From an uncultured Gammaproteobacteria bacterium (lineage in GTDB: Bacteria; Pseudomonadota; Gammaproteobacteria; JAADHQ01): 64,000 nucleotides of DNA. The first letter of the stretch is position 1; each line of letters begins with the position of its first letter. The notes under the pieces are model-generated. The model saw only the letters and a program-made list of their open reading frames with translations, had not been told where the DNA came from and searched no databases. Both the position numbers and the translations under genes were made by a program. The DNA is taken from NCBI GenBank assembly GCA_947258755.1, contig CAMYJO010000010.1, positions 36,814-100,813 on the forward strand, given 5' to 3'. Below are positions 37,423 to 46,385 of the stretch, one piece after another.

Positions 37423-37685
37423 GTGCACGACTTTCGCTCGTCGCAGTCGGCCATGCCACCAGCCTTCTGTTCGTTATTAGTTTTGTGCTTTGTGTCGGAT
37501 TTGATTTCCTGTTCCCGGAGCATGCAATGTATGAGGCCTGGCAGAAACTGTTACCTGGCTTTGAATGGATAAGCTGGAAAAGTTTTCTAATGGGGATATT
37601 GGAAGCCTATGGGTACGGATGGTTTATCGCGCTGGTGTGGACGCCACTGTATAATGCATTTGCGGCCCGACAAGCTAAGGCATGA
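37419..37685 (+). CDS. Small two-transmembrane membrane protein of the metal-island family (copy 1, divergent)
   Basis: '...FVLCVGFDFLFPEH...WISWKSFLMGILEAYGYGWFIALVWTPLYNAF' is a paralog of 42056..42328 and 59466..59738 ('FVLCVVYGLVTPQS...WLTWWGFLLG..ESFLYGVYAGLVFCPIYNWL'). Confidence 0.5.
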   Translation: MSARLSLVAVGHATSLLFVISFVLCVGFDFLFPEHAMYEAWQKLLPGFEWISWKSFLMGILEAYGYGWFIALVWTPLYNAFAARQAKA

Positions 37686-37823
37686 TTTATTTTGCGATTC
37701 GATTGTGACGGCAGGGAAATCAATAAAGGGACTATCTTAGTTAATCGGCAGTCTCTGCCGACGCGCAGTAGGTGTGGGTGTGTAAATAAATTATAACCGA
37801 ATTTGTATGTAACAGGTTCTGAT

Positions 37824-39008
37824 ATGAAGAAAAAGATTGTTATTATTGGTAACGGCTTCGCATCATTGTTTTTTGTTCAATATTTTCTCGTGTTGCCTAT
37901 TTTCCCGTTTTTCGCCTGGTTCTTGCGCCGACTATATTCCAGGTATGACATTACCGTTATTGGTAACGGTGATTTCATTTACTTTCCTGCGATACCAGAA
38001 TTTATCACCGGGAAAAAGAATAAACGCGACATAACCATTAATATCCGGCCATTTTTGAAACGCAGAAACATTCGTTTTATTGAAGGCGTTGTCACGGATA
38101 TACGTGACGGTGGCAGAACCGTTATCGCTAACGAAAATACGTATAAAAATGATGCGCTATTTCTGGGTATCGGGCCGGCATTTTTAAAGGATGAAATCCC
38201 CGGAACCAAAGAACATACCTTCTCGCCATGTAATGGGCCTGATGACATGGATGCATTTATGCGTCAGCTCGCAACACTTGAGCAGGGGATTATCTACCTG
38301 GGGTTCAAGCTCAACAAGCAGGACGGCTTTGTGGCCGGTCGCGCCGGGCAAATGTATGAGTGTGCTTGTCTGCTCGATTTTGCCCTGAAAGAAAGAGGAG
38401 TGCGGGATCACTTCGAGATTCACTTTTTCTCGTCAAACATCAGCCCTGACGAGACAGGGGCGATCACCGACCGGATGCGGGAGCGGGGAATCATTCTGGA
38501 CTACGGTTACGAGCCCGCTGAGTTTGTTGCGGGTGGCATGCTTAATGAAGATGGGTCGTTTCGTGAGGCAGACTTGGTACTTTACTCACCCGGTATAACC
38601 GGTTCCAGACTGGTTCGTGAATCGTGCCTTCCCGTTTCTGCCGGTGGGCAAATCGATGTTGATAAGTATGGGCAGGTGAAAGGTTTGTCCAATGTTTTTG
38701 CCGCCGGAGATTGTGCCAGCCATGAAAATCCACCGCAGTGGGTGCCGCATCAGGCGCATATGGCGCAACTTAGATCGCAAGCCGCCGCAAAAAACATGAA
38801 GACGGTATTAAAAAATACACAGCCGAGCAAAACTTACCGGTATGAGCTTTCTTGTATCCTGAACATGGAGAATGATGCTATGTGGTTGCATATGGCCGAC
38901 GATAGCAAACCGCCTTTCTGGAATATTTTTCCCCGGCGCTCAAAAAAGCTGATTGCCCTGAAGAACGTATTCGAAAGGCTTTATTTGTTTTATCTGCGGT
39001 ATTTGTGA
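37824..39008 (+). CDS. FAD-dependent pyridine nucleotide-disulfide oxidoreductase (SQR/NDH-2 family-like) with an unusual hydrophobic insertion
   Basis: 'KKIVIIGNGFAS' dinucleotide-binding start and a 'VFAAGDCAS' FAD-binding motif near the C-terminus. A hydrophobic stretch 'LFFVQYFLVLPIFPFFAWFL' interrupts the first Rossmann motif. The ORF track opens at 37803. Confidence 0.6.
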   Translation: MKKKIVIIGNGFASLFFVQYFLVLPIFPFFAWFLRRLYSRYDITVIGNGDFIYFPAIPEFITGKKNKRDITINIRPFLKRRNIRFIEGVVTDIRDGGRTVIANENTYKNDALFLGIGPAFLKDEIPGTKEHTFSPCNGPDDMDAFMRQLATLEQGIIYLGFKLNKQDGFVAGRAGQMYECACLLDFALKERGVRDHFEIHFFSSNISPDETGAITDRMRERGIILDYGYEPAEFVAGGMLNEDGSFREADLVLYSPGITGSRLVRESCLPVSAGGQIDVDKYGQVKGLSNVFAAGDCASHENPPQWVPHQAHMAQLRSQAAAKNMKTVLKNTQPSKTYRYELSCILNMENDAMWLHMADDSKPPFWNIFPRRSKKLIALKNVFERLYLFYLRYL

Positions 39009-39343
39009 GATTGAGTTGGGCGTCGGTCAAGTTGTAGCCCTGCGTCTTATAGTCAATATGATCATAGTACTGTCAAGAAGAAGCGAACAGAGGGGGCGAT
39101 TAGTTAGAAGACAACAGAGGTGATTCGTAAGGGCGCCGTTATGTAAAATTCAGTTGGCCTGATTCAGGTTAATCTGCAACTCCTTGGTTACTATAAGGAC
39201 ATTACTTCCAGGGTGGCGGATAAGCTGATGGGTGAAGGGAAGGAAGGTCGCGCTGTACCGATGTTGAGAAGTACCTTAAGATTCCCGCCGCCGTTGACAG
39301 AGAACGCCCGTTTGAGGTGATGCTCTGGTTGACGTTGTTACTG

Positions 39344-39628
39344 TCAGCCGATCTTCACAAGGCGTTTACAACTTTTTACGTATGCGATCAAACCCGTGCT
39401 TGATTTCTTCGGCAACAAGTTAGGTCGCTTCAAGCACGTTATCCGATGCGTTGTTCGTCTCTTTGCGTAACGCTTCTGCTTTGTGTCTGAGCTCTTCGAA
39501 TTTTTTTCAAGTTCGGGCCATTCATCGCGCGCTTCGGCGCCGGCCAAATGAATCTGAAGTTTTATTTCATCTTTTTGTTGCTTTAAACTTTCAATAATAC
39601 TGTCGAGATCAAAAAGTTGGTGTGCCAT
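39344..39628 (-). pseudogene. Disrupted gene for a small helical protein (frameshift at an A7/T7 run plus in-frame TAA)
   Basis: The N-terminal 'MAHQLFDLDSIIESLKQQKDEIKLQIHLAGAEARDEWPELEK' continues coherently ('KFEELRHKAEALRKETNNASDNVLEAT*LVAEEIKHGFDRIRKKL') only after a frame change at the homopolymer around 39504-39510. It also contains a TAA. Confidence 0.4.
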
Positions 39629-39671
39629 TTTTTTTTGCGCTCCTAAGATACAGCTGTTATTACCCTTTTAT

Positions 39672-41268
39672 CTAGACACGTCCTGAACGTGATATACCGC
39701 GTAACAGGCGAAAAGTCACCCACAAAGCCAGCGTGAAACCACCCAGGGCGATCAACGGTATACCTGCGATCTGCGGTTTAAATTCACCCTGCACCAGCAA
39801 CGATGACGCGATATAGAGTCCCAGTGCGACCAACGCCAGAGAAATCCGGTTACTGCTGCGATCGACATGATTTTCGAAATCACGTAAGCCATGATGATGC
39901 AGTGGGATTTGGTACTTACCTGAACGCGAGCTTCTGAGCAAGTGCGCCAGGGCCCCGGGTAATTCCTGTGAGATTAACGCCGCTTCGAATTTAAGGCGTG
40001 CCGAGGTCGGCCCGCCTTCCAGTTCCTTAAAGGCCGTTGTCATGAGCGTCGCCACCTTATCCTTCCAGTAAGCTGCCATATTGAACTGCGGATCCAGGCT
40101 GCGCAAGGTGGACTCCATAATTAATAAAGCGCGCATGATTAATAGGAGATGGTATGGCATACGCAGCTGGAATCCCCAGCCCATGCGTGCAGCGCTCAGC
40201 ATGGCCTTGGCCAGCGACCATTCGTTTAATGACACGCTGGCGTACTCCTGGATCAGTTCACTCATACCGCGCTGCACCTGCTGACGGTCCACTTTCGCAC
40301 CAAGCAGCCCCAGGTCTAGATAGGAATCGAGCAGCCAATCACTGTCCTGGTTGATCAGCGCAAGGAAAAATCCGGCCAGCTTTCGCCGTGTGGCGATATC
40401 GATGTTCCCCACCATGCCGAAGTCATGAAAACAGATCTTGCCATTGTCCATAATGAAGAGATTACCGGGATGCGGGTCGGCGTGAATGCAGCCCATGACA
40501 AAAAAACTGCTGGAGATAGGCATCAGCAAAATTGATCGCTAACCGCGGGCCGTTTTCCTGCACCGAAGGATCGGTGACCTGCCTACCACCGCTCATTTCC
40601 TGAACCATCACCGACTCGGTGCAAAGTTCTGGAATAGCGGCAGGAATATGAACGGTCGATGAATCCTTAAAGGCTTCACGAAAACGCTGAATATTGCGCA
40701 TCTCCTGGCGAAAATCCATTTCTTTCATCAGATTGAGACTGCTTTCGCGCACAATTTCCGGCAGGGAGTAGGCTTGCAACTGAGGCACCAGTGCCAGGAC
40801 GGTGCGCAATACCAGCTTGAGCAGACGCACATCCTGTAATACCTGGCTGTGCAGGCCTGGCCGTCTGACTTTAATGATCACATTGCGCCCATCAGGTAAT
40901 CTCACCGCGTGTACCTGCGCGATGGAGGCGGCGGCCAGCGGCGTACTGTCAAATTCGGCAAATAGGTTTTCGATAGAATCGCCCAGTGCCTGCTCGATTT
41001 CGCTTCTGGCAATATCGCTGTCGAAACCCGGTACATGGTTTTGCAGACTTTGTAGCGCTTTCACATAGTCATCGGGCAGGATATCCTGGCGCAGGCTCAA
41101 GCCCTGTCCCAATTTGACGAAGGTTGCTCCCAGCTTCTCCAATTTCTGGCACAGGCGTTGTGCCGGGCTGACGGAAGGGCGCAACAGGCGGGTGTAAACC
41201 AGCCCCAACCAGACAATGTGGCCGCTGATTGCCTAGGAAATTTCAATTAGTCTCAGCAGAGTACTCAT
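39672..41268 (-). pseudogene. ABC1/UbiB-family protein kinase gene, disrupted (premature TAG at codon 12 and +1 frameshift in a T7 run)
   Basis: The upstream frame reads 'MSTLLRLIEIS*AISGHIVWLGLVYTRLL...', with the TAG at 41233-41235. Two overlapping ORFs (40462..41208 and 39672..40529) carry the N-terminal ABC1 motifs ('FVKLGQ...', 'ASIAQVHAV...') and the C-terminal 'HADPHPGN...FHDFGMVG'. The frames switch at 'cagcagtttttttgtcatggg' (complement of about 40497-40517). Confidence 0.7.
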
Positions 41269-41886
41269 GAAAGCGGCCTTTCTCCTAATTATTATTTCAT
41301 CGGGTATCGGTCTGGCATCGTCAGCGGCGAGGCAGTCACTACCCAATAGCTCTGTATATTATATTATTACTTAAATTCACTTTGTCTGTATAAGCCATTA
41401 ATGTCAGATTTAAGGCCAAATCGCAATAGCAGGTGCTGTCGGATCCACGCCAGACCTGAAGCCCTATACCATTCGGTCGGATAGGCAGATACCAGAATGA
41501 TATCTTTATAGTACCGGTTTCTGCCACGTAGATCCCCCGAATTACAAAGCTTGACCTGTCACTTACATACACCTTCTATACTATCTCTATCTGAAGAAAG
41601 GGATATTGAGATGGAGAATCTTCAATGAACATGCTAAGCGTACACGAGATCGCGATTCAATGTGATATCTCCAAGGGCAAGCTGGGCAAGACTGAACTGG
41701 TCAGAACGCTGCAACGGTCAGCATTGATTTCGATTGTTTCTCCAAGGTCTATAATCACTATTGCCAACTGCTAGGACACTTTTACCGGGAAGACTGTCAC
41801 CCGCTCTTGCTATGGCACGCTAAATATAGCTGAGGTACTCGGCACGCAACGGCTATTTGTCGGACTCGTCTGGCAAGGAGGGCGAT

Positions 41887-42033
41887 ATGGAATGGTTAGC
41901 GGAGAACTGGTTCTGGCTACTCATTGGTATCCTATTCGTTGGCATGCATCTGTTTGGCCACGGTAGTCATGGCGGACATGACGAGACAGACAGAACGGAT
42001 GCCGGAGTCACTGGGCAAAACAAGTCTTCGTGA
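41887..42033 (+). CDS. DUF2933-like small His-rich membrane protein (copy 2)
   Basis: 'MEWLAENWFWLLIGILFVGMHLFGHGSHGGHDETD...', with 19 of the first 20 residues identical to the copy at 59249. Confidence 0.45.
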   Translation: MEWLAENWFWLLIGILFVGMHLFGHGSHGGHDETDRTDAGVTGQNKSS

Positions 42034-42055
42034 TATCGGCACTAAGGAGAACTAT

Positions 42056-42328
42056 ATGCTCAATACTAAACTGGTGAGTTGGGTGTTGGGAATGTTTGCT
42101 GCGGTTAGCTTCGTGTTGTGTGTGGTCTATGGACTGGTGACACCACAAAGCCTGCATATGCACACGTTTCTCGAACAGGTGTTGCCGGCATTCAAATGGC
42201 TGACCTGGTGGGGTTTCCTGCTCGGGTTTTTCGAGAGCTTTCTATATGGTGTCTATGCTGGTCTGGTTTTCTGCCCGATCTATAATTGGCTTAACTGTCG
42301 GTTCGGTAATGGCCGGGCAGCAACCTGA
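42056..42328 (+). CDS. Small two-transmembrane membrane protein of the metal-island family (copy 2)
   Basis: 'MLNTKLVSWVLGMFAAVSFVLCVVYGLVTPQSLHMHTFLEQVLPAFKWLTWWGFLLG...' is about 90% identical to 59466..59738. The ORF track lists a longer alternative frame start at 41924. Confidence 0.55.
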   Translation: MLNTKLVSWVLGMFAAVSFVLCVVYGLVTPQSLHMHTFLEQVLPAFKWLTWWGFLLGFFESFLYGVYAGLVFCPIYNWLNCRFGNGRAAT

Positions 42329-42445
42329 ATCCGGGTAGGAGAATGGGGTAAATGCCCAATGTAGACAAGCGACAGGGATCTTATCGGCCACTGGGATTGC
42401 GGCATTTTGATGGTAATCATTATGGATAATAAAGAGAGGTAAACA

Positions 42446-43081
42446 GTGACTTCGTTTGTGGTTTACGGCTTGGATGGTCATGAATACATGCCCATTGAAA
42501 AGATGTTTAAAAAGACGCGGGTTGATAAAACGGTTGCGATTGCTACCGAGCGTCCTGTTAATGAGAGGGAGCATCTTGAGCCGTCTGAGCAACATCATCA
42601 ACGACATCTGGCCGAACAAGCTTATAGCACTGTCGAACAATTGCCTCAAAGCCCGACGATCTTGTTGGCTGAACAAGTCATGGTATCGCCGGTAGTGACC
42701 TTATCGCCCGAGGCGAAAATATCTGATGCGTTGATGCTATTCCAGAAAAATGCCTTTCGGCATGTTCCGGTTGTCTCATCAGTGGGCAGGCTGGTGGGTA
42801 TCGTTTCTGATCGCGATGTATTACGGTATCTGGCTGGTTTGAACGAAAACTATCGACATCAACAGCCGCATACAACCCGCGAGCAGGTCGGTCAGTTAAT
42901 GACACCACGGGTGTTAACAGCCAGCGTCGACACCGATGTACGGTACATTGCCCGTCTGTTCGTCGAGCAGCATATCGGGGCGATGCCGGTGGCAAAAGAG
43001 GGTGAGTTGAAGGGGATTATTACCCGTAGTGATGTGCTGAGGGCAGTCATGCGTCATTACACATTGGAGTTGTGGGTATAG
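42446..43081 (+). CDS. CBS domain pair protein
   Basis: Two CBS-like repeats ('VMVSPVVTLSPEAKISDALMLFQKNAFRHVPVV...GIVSDRDVLR' and 'MTPRVLTASVDTDVRYIARLFVEQHIGAMPVAKEGELKGIITRSDVLR'). Confidence 0.7.
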   Translation: MTSFVVYGLDGHEYMPIEKMFKKTRVDKTVAIATERPVNEREHLEPSEQHHQRHLAEQAYSTVEQLPQSPTILLAEQVMVSPVVTLSPEAKISDALMLFQKNAFRHVPVVSSVGRLVGIVSDRDVLRYLAGLNENYRHQQPHTTREQVGQLMTPRVLTASVDTDVRYIARLFVEQHIGAMPVAKEGELKGIITRSDVLRAVMRHYTLELWV

Positions 43082-43200
43082 CACTGGACGTGCAAGCCAT
43101 CCAATGCCATCGATGGTGAAAGAATCGACCGTCACTGATACGCAAACCCGTGCCAAACGTAGTGAACCTTTTATTCTTCCAATCCTTAAAGGAGGCATCG

Positions 43201-43398
43201 ATGAAACAACAAAGCAACGAACCCAGTTTCAAGGATCCTGTTTGCGGTATGGAGGTCAGTTAGTCGACCGTGATTGAGGAAACCGTATATCAGGGTAAGA
43301 CATACTACTTCTGTGCCGGATCTTGCCGGGAGGCGTTAGAAGCGGAACCCGAGTAGTACATTCGGCATCGCCGCCAGCATGAGGTAAAGTCAAAGTAG
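43201..43398 (+). pseudogene. YHS/TRASH-domain gene with two in-frame TAG stops (copy 2)
   Basis: 'MKQQSNEPSFKDPVCGMEVS*STVIEETVYQGKTYYFCAGSCREALEAEPE*YIRHRRQHEVKSK*'. The TAG codons fall where the intact copy at 59986 has Arg and Lys codons. Confidence 0.5.
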
Positions 43399-43558
43399 GC
43401 CTGCAAGAACAGGATCAACCGTATAAACTCCTGAGTTTGAGTTGACTGGTGATACTATAAGGACGGCGATGCCCAACAAGATAGACAGCGAACGCCTTCT
43501 TACCAAAATTCCAGGGTTTATTAGTGGTAACGACATGAATTGACAAGTAACAGGAGTG

Positions 43559-44607
43559 ATGGATAAAGATCAAAGCATATCAGCGCGCGACACTGGGTAT
43601 GACCCAATTGTTCGGCCCACTGGGGCAAGCCCTACTGCAAGCCATGGCGGGAAGAACGTGCCATCGGATTACGGGAGAAACTGATCAACGAGGCCGATGC
43701 CAACGAAAAACGCGACTGGCATATCTATGCCGACTTCGCTCAGTCATTGATTCAAACCGCTCGACGACTCTATGCCGACGAGGATCTTGGTCTCGAACTC
43801 GACAGCACAGTCTATGCCCTAGATGCGACAACTATCGATCTTTGCCTTTCCGCTTTCCCATGGGCATATTTCCGGCACACCAAAGCAGCCATCAAACTGC
43901 ATACGCTGCTCGACCTTCGCGGCAATATATCTTCGTTTATCCACGTCTCCGATGGCAAGCTTCATGATGTCAACGTACTCAACATACTCTTGCCAGAGCC
44001 TGGCGCATTCTATGTTATGGATCGAGGCTATCTGGACTTCGAGCGCCTGTGTCAACTGAATCAGGCATCGGCCTTCTTTGTTATTCGCGCGAAGTCCAAC
44101 CTTCAATTCAGTAGGGTTTGCTCCCGCCCCGTGGACAAGAGCACCGGATTACGCTACGACCAAACGATAGCACTCACTGGTTTCTATACTGCTCAGTACT
44201 ATCCTGACAAACTTCGCCGGATCAAATATTACGGTGCCGAAACCAACAAGCGATTTGTTTCCCTGACCAACAATTTCAGCTTGCCCACACTGACGATCAC
44301 CGAACTCTATCGGTACCGCTGGCAGGTGGAACTGTTTTTCAAATGGATAAAACAACACCTGCGTATCAAATTGTTCTTCGGCACCTCGGAGTACGCAGTC
44401 AAGACACAGGTCTGGATTGCAGTCTCCGTATATGTTCTTATTGCTATCATCAAAAAGCGACTCAATATCAAGACCAGTCTCTATTCGATTCTACAGATTT
44501 TGAGCCTGACCGTTTTCGAAACAATCTTAATAGATCAATTACTTACCGGATGTGACCAGAACATGAAAAATCAAGATGCCGATTACCAGCTGATTCTGTT
44601 TGACTAA
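43559..44607 (+). mobile_element. IS4/IS5-family (DDE_Tnp_1-type) transposase gene, apparently frameshifted
   Basis: The long ORF 43747..44607 carries 'DWHIYADFAQSLI...VYALDATTIDLCLSAFPWAYFR...IKLHTLLDLRGNI...YVMDRGYLDFERL...YRYRWQVELFFKWIKQHL', typical of IS4-family transposases. The upstream reading frame ('MDKDQS...GKNVPSDYGRN*') joins it only with a frame change near 43680. I could not identify terminal inverted repeats by eye. Confidence 0.65.
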
Positions 44608-44861
44608 TTTCCCGGACACTAGTGATAGACCTTATGTGCTCATGCTATTTTTATGAGGACAGGTTTAGTAAAAACAGGAATAAGATTTAAATTACTTTAT
44701 GAGCCGACGAATTAATATAAACCTTGACCTGCTACCAAGGCATAGCTTGTATGGTTAACAACAGGAAGCTTAAATCTTATGGGCAGTTTATACTAAATTG
44801 ACGGTAATTTTATCAGGCTAAGGACAAATGAGTGTTACCGGTCCGACAAAAGGAGTGAGTA

Positions 44862-45464
44862 ATGAGTCATCAAACAGATTTTAAGCGCCGCAGGTTCCTC
44901 ATTGCGGCAACATCTGTCGTAGGTGGTGGTGGTATTGCCCTTGCCAGCATACCTTTCATCAGTTATATGCAACCCAGTGCCCGGGCACGTAGTGCTGGTG
45001 CCCCGGTCGAGGTCGACTTTAGCAAACTGGAGCCCGGCCAACAAATGACTATTGAATGGCGCAGCAAACCGATATGGATCCTGCGCAGAACACCCCGGAA
45101 CCTGTCCGATCTGGAACAGGCCTCCCATCTCGAAAGGCTGGCGGACCCTGATTCAAACGTGGAATCACAACAGCCTGATTATGCAAAAAACAAGTATCGT
45201 TCTATCCAACCAGAATATCTGGTAACAATAGCACTTTGCACCCATCTGGGTTGTGTACCTACCTATCGTCCTGAAAAAGCACCTGTCGATCTGGGCCGGG
45301 AATGGATTGGTGGCTATTTTTGCCCTTGTCATGGCTCAAAATTTGACCTGGCAGGCAGGGTATTTAAAAAAGTACCTGCACCAACCAACCTCGTAATACC
45401 GCCTCATTATTTTGTTTCAGATACAGTTGTATTGATCGGTGAGGAAAAGGCGATAGAATTATAG
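44862..45464 (+). CDS. petA: Rieske [2Fe-2S] protein (ubiquinol-cytochrome c reductase iron-sulfur subunit-like), Tat-targeted
   Basis: Tat motif 'RRRFLIAATSVVGGGG'. Rieske boxes 'CTHLGC' and 'CPCHGS'. No adjacent cytochrome b or c1 genes. Confidence 0.8.
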   Translation: MSHQTDFKRRRFLIAATSVVGGGGIALASIPFISYMQPSARARSAGAPVEVDFSKLEPGQQMTIEWRSKPIWILRRTPRNLSDLEQASHLERLADPDSNVESQQPDYAKNKYRSIQPEYLVTIALCTHLGCVPTYRPEKAPVDLGREWIGGYFCPCHGSKFDLAGRVFKKVPAPTNLVIPPHYFVSDTVVLIGEEKAIEL

Positions 45465-45485
45465 TCTAACTTATTGTGGAGTATG

Positions 45486-45908
45486 AAGATGCTAACAGTA
45501 ACAGAATTGGCCCGACGCAGTGGAACCACGCAACATGCGGTACGCTATTATACAAGGATGGGTCTGTTAAGGCCTGACCGAGACCCGAGTAATGGCTATC
45601 ACCTGTACCATGAACGTGAGATAAATTGGCTCCGTTTTATACAACAGGCCAAACAACTTGGCTATACACTCAAGGAAATCCGGGATATCTTGCATGACTT
45701 TGATCAAAAACAATCACCTTGTCCAAGAGTGCGAGAAATACTACAGCTTCATATTAAGGAGAATCGTGAAAAACTGGAAGAGCTGATAGATTTGCAACGT
45801 TGTATAGAAAGTGCATTACAGAAATGGCAAGATATGCCAGATGGTATTCCTGATGGCAATTCTGTATGTTATTTAATTGAAAGTTTTTCAAGCAATATGT
45901 CACGTTAG
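45486..45908 (+). CDS. MerR-family metal-responsive regulator (paralog 2 of 3)
   Basis: 'LTVTELARRSGTTQHAVRYYTRMGLLRPDRDPSNGYHLY' helix-turn-helix. C-terminal 'SPCP...C.LIES' Cys pattern shared with the paralog at 48718. Confidence 0.75.
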   Translation, partial: KMLTVTELARRSGTTQHAVRYYTRMGLLRPDRDPSNGYHLYHEREINWLRFIQQAKQLGYTLKEIRDILHDFDQKQSPCPRVREILQLHIKENREKLEELIDLQRCIESALQKWQDMPDGIPDGNSVCYLIESFSSNMSR

Positions 45909-46013
45909 AAAAAGTCAAGTAGCCTCTGATCAATCCATGCATTTATCTGAGGCTCCTCAAGCTAATAACTGTGTTGTTTAAATTCATATCAATACATTGA
46001 AGGAGAAAAACAG

Positions 46014-46241
46014 GTGAACGTAATGATTATAGCTACCAAGGATTGCAGCCACTATCGGAATTTATCGAAAGAACTAAATTATATCGGTGTAGATCATCAA
46101 GTGATGTATGCCGAGGATGAGCCAGAATTGTGCCAGTCACTGGCTATTCGACATTCGCCAAATCTAGTGGTTGATGGCGAGGTTGTTTTTCGGAGACAAC
46201 CAAATGAATCAGAACTACGTGATTTCTTTAAATGTAAATAG
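46014..46241 (+). CDS. Small thioredoxin/glutaredoxin-fold-like protein (75 aa)
   Basis: Short beta-alpha-beta-like N-terminus 'MIIATKDCSHY' without a full CxxC motif. The assignment is tentative. Confidence 0.3.
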   Translation: MNVMIIATKDCSHYRNLSKELNYIGVDHQVMYAEDEPELCQSLAIRHSPNLVVDGEVVFRRQPNESELRDFFKCK

Positions 46242-46385
46242 TACAGCGATCATACCCTAACAGACTAATGATATGTGGTCGTTAATAAACGCTCGACTGA
46301 CAAATAAGAAATAAGCAATAAAAGAGAAAATTATTGCTAAACGAACCAGTATGGGGTATCACAGTTACAGAAGACTCGGAATATC

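Noticed and set aside
41626-41772. 48-codon ORF 'MNMLSVHEIAIQCDISKGKLGKTELVRTLQRSAL...' upstream of triad copy 2
   Set aside because: It is short with no motif or conservation evidence. It could be a small protein, but that cannot be supported from sequence alone.
41233-43398. Possibility that the three in-frame TAG codons (ubiB-like gene, YHS gene x2) reflect amber read-through or recoding
   Set aside because: With only three cases, all-TAG is compatible with chance. The same genes carry frameshifts or truncations, and nothing else in the window suggests an altered genetic code. Interpreted as pseudogenisation.
43480-44660. Terminal inverted repeats of the IS element
   Set aside because: I could not identify convincing matching inverted repeats by eye at the presumed ends. 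Boundaries are left undefined.
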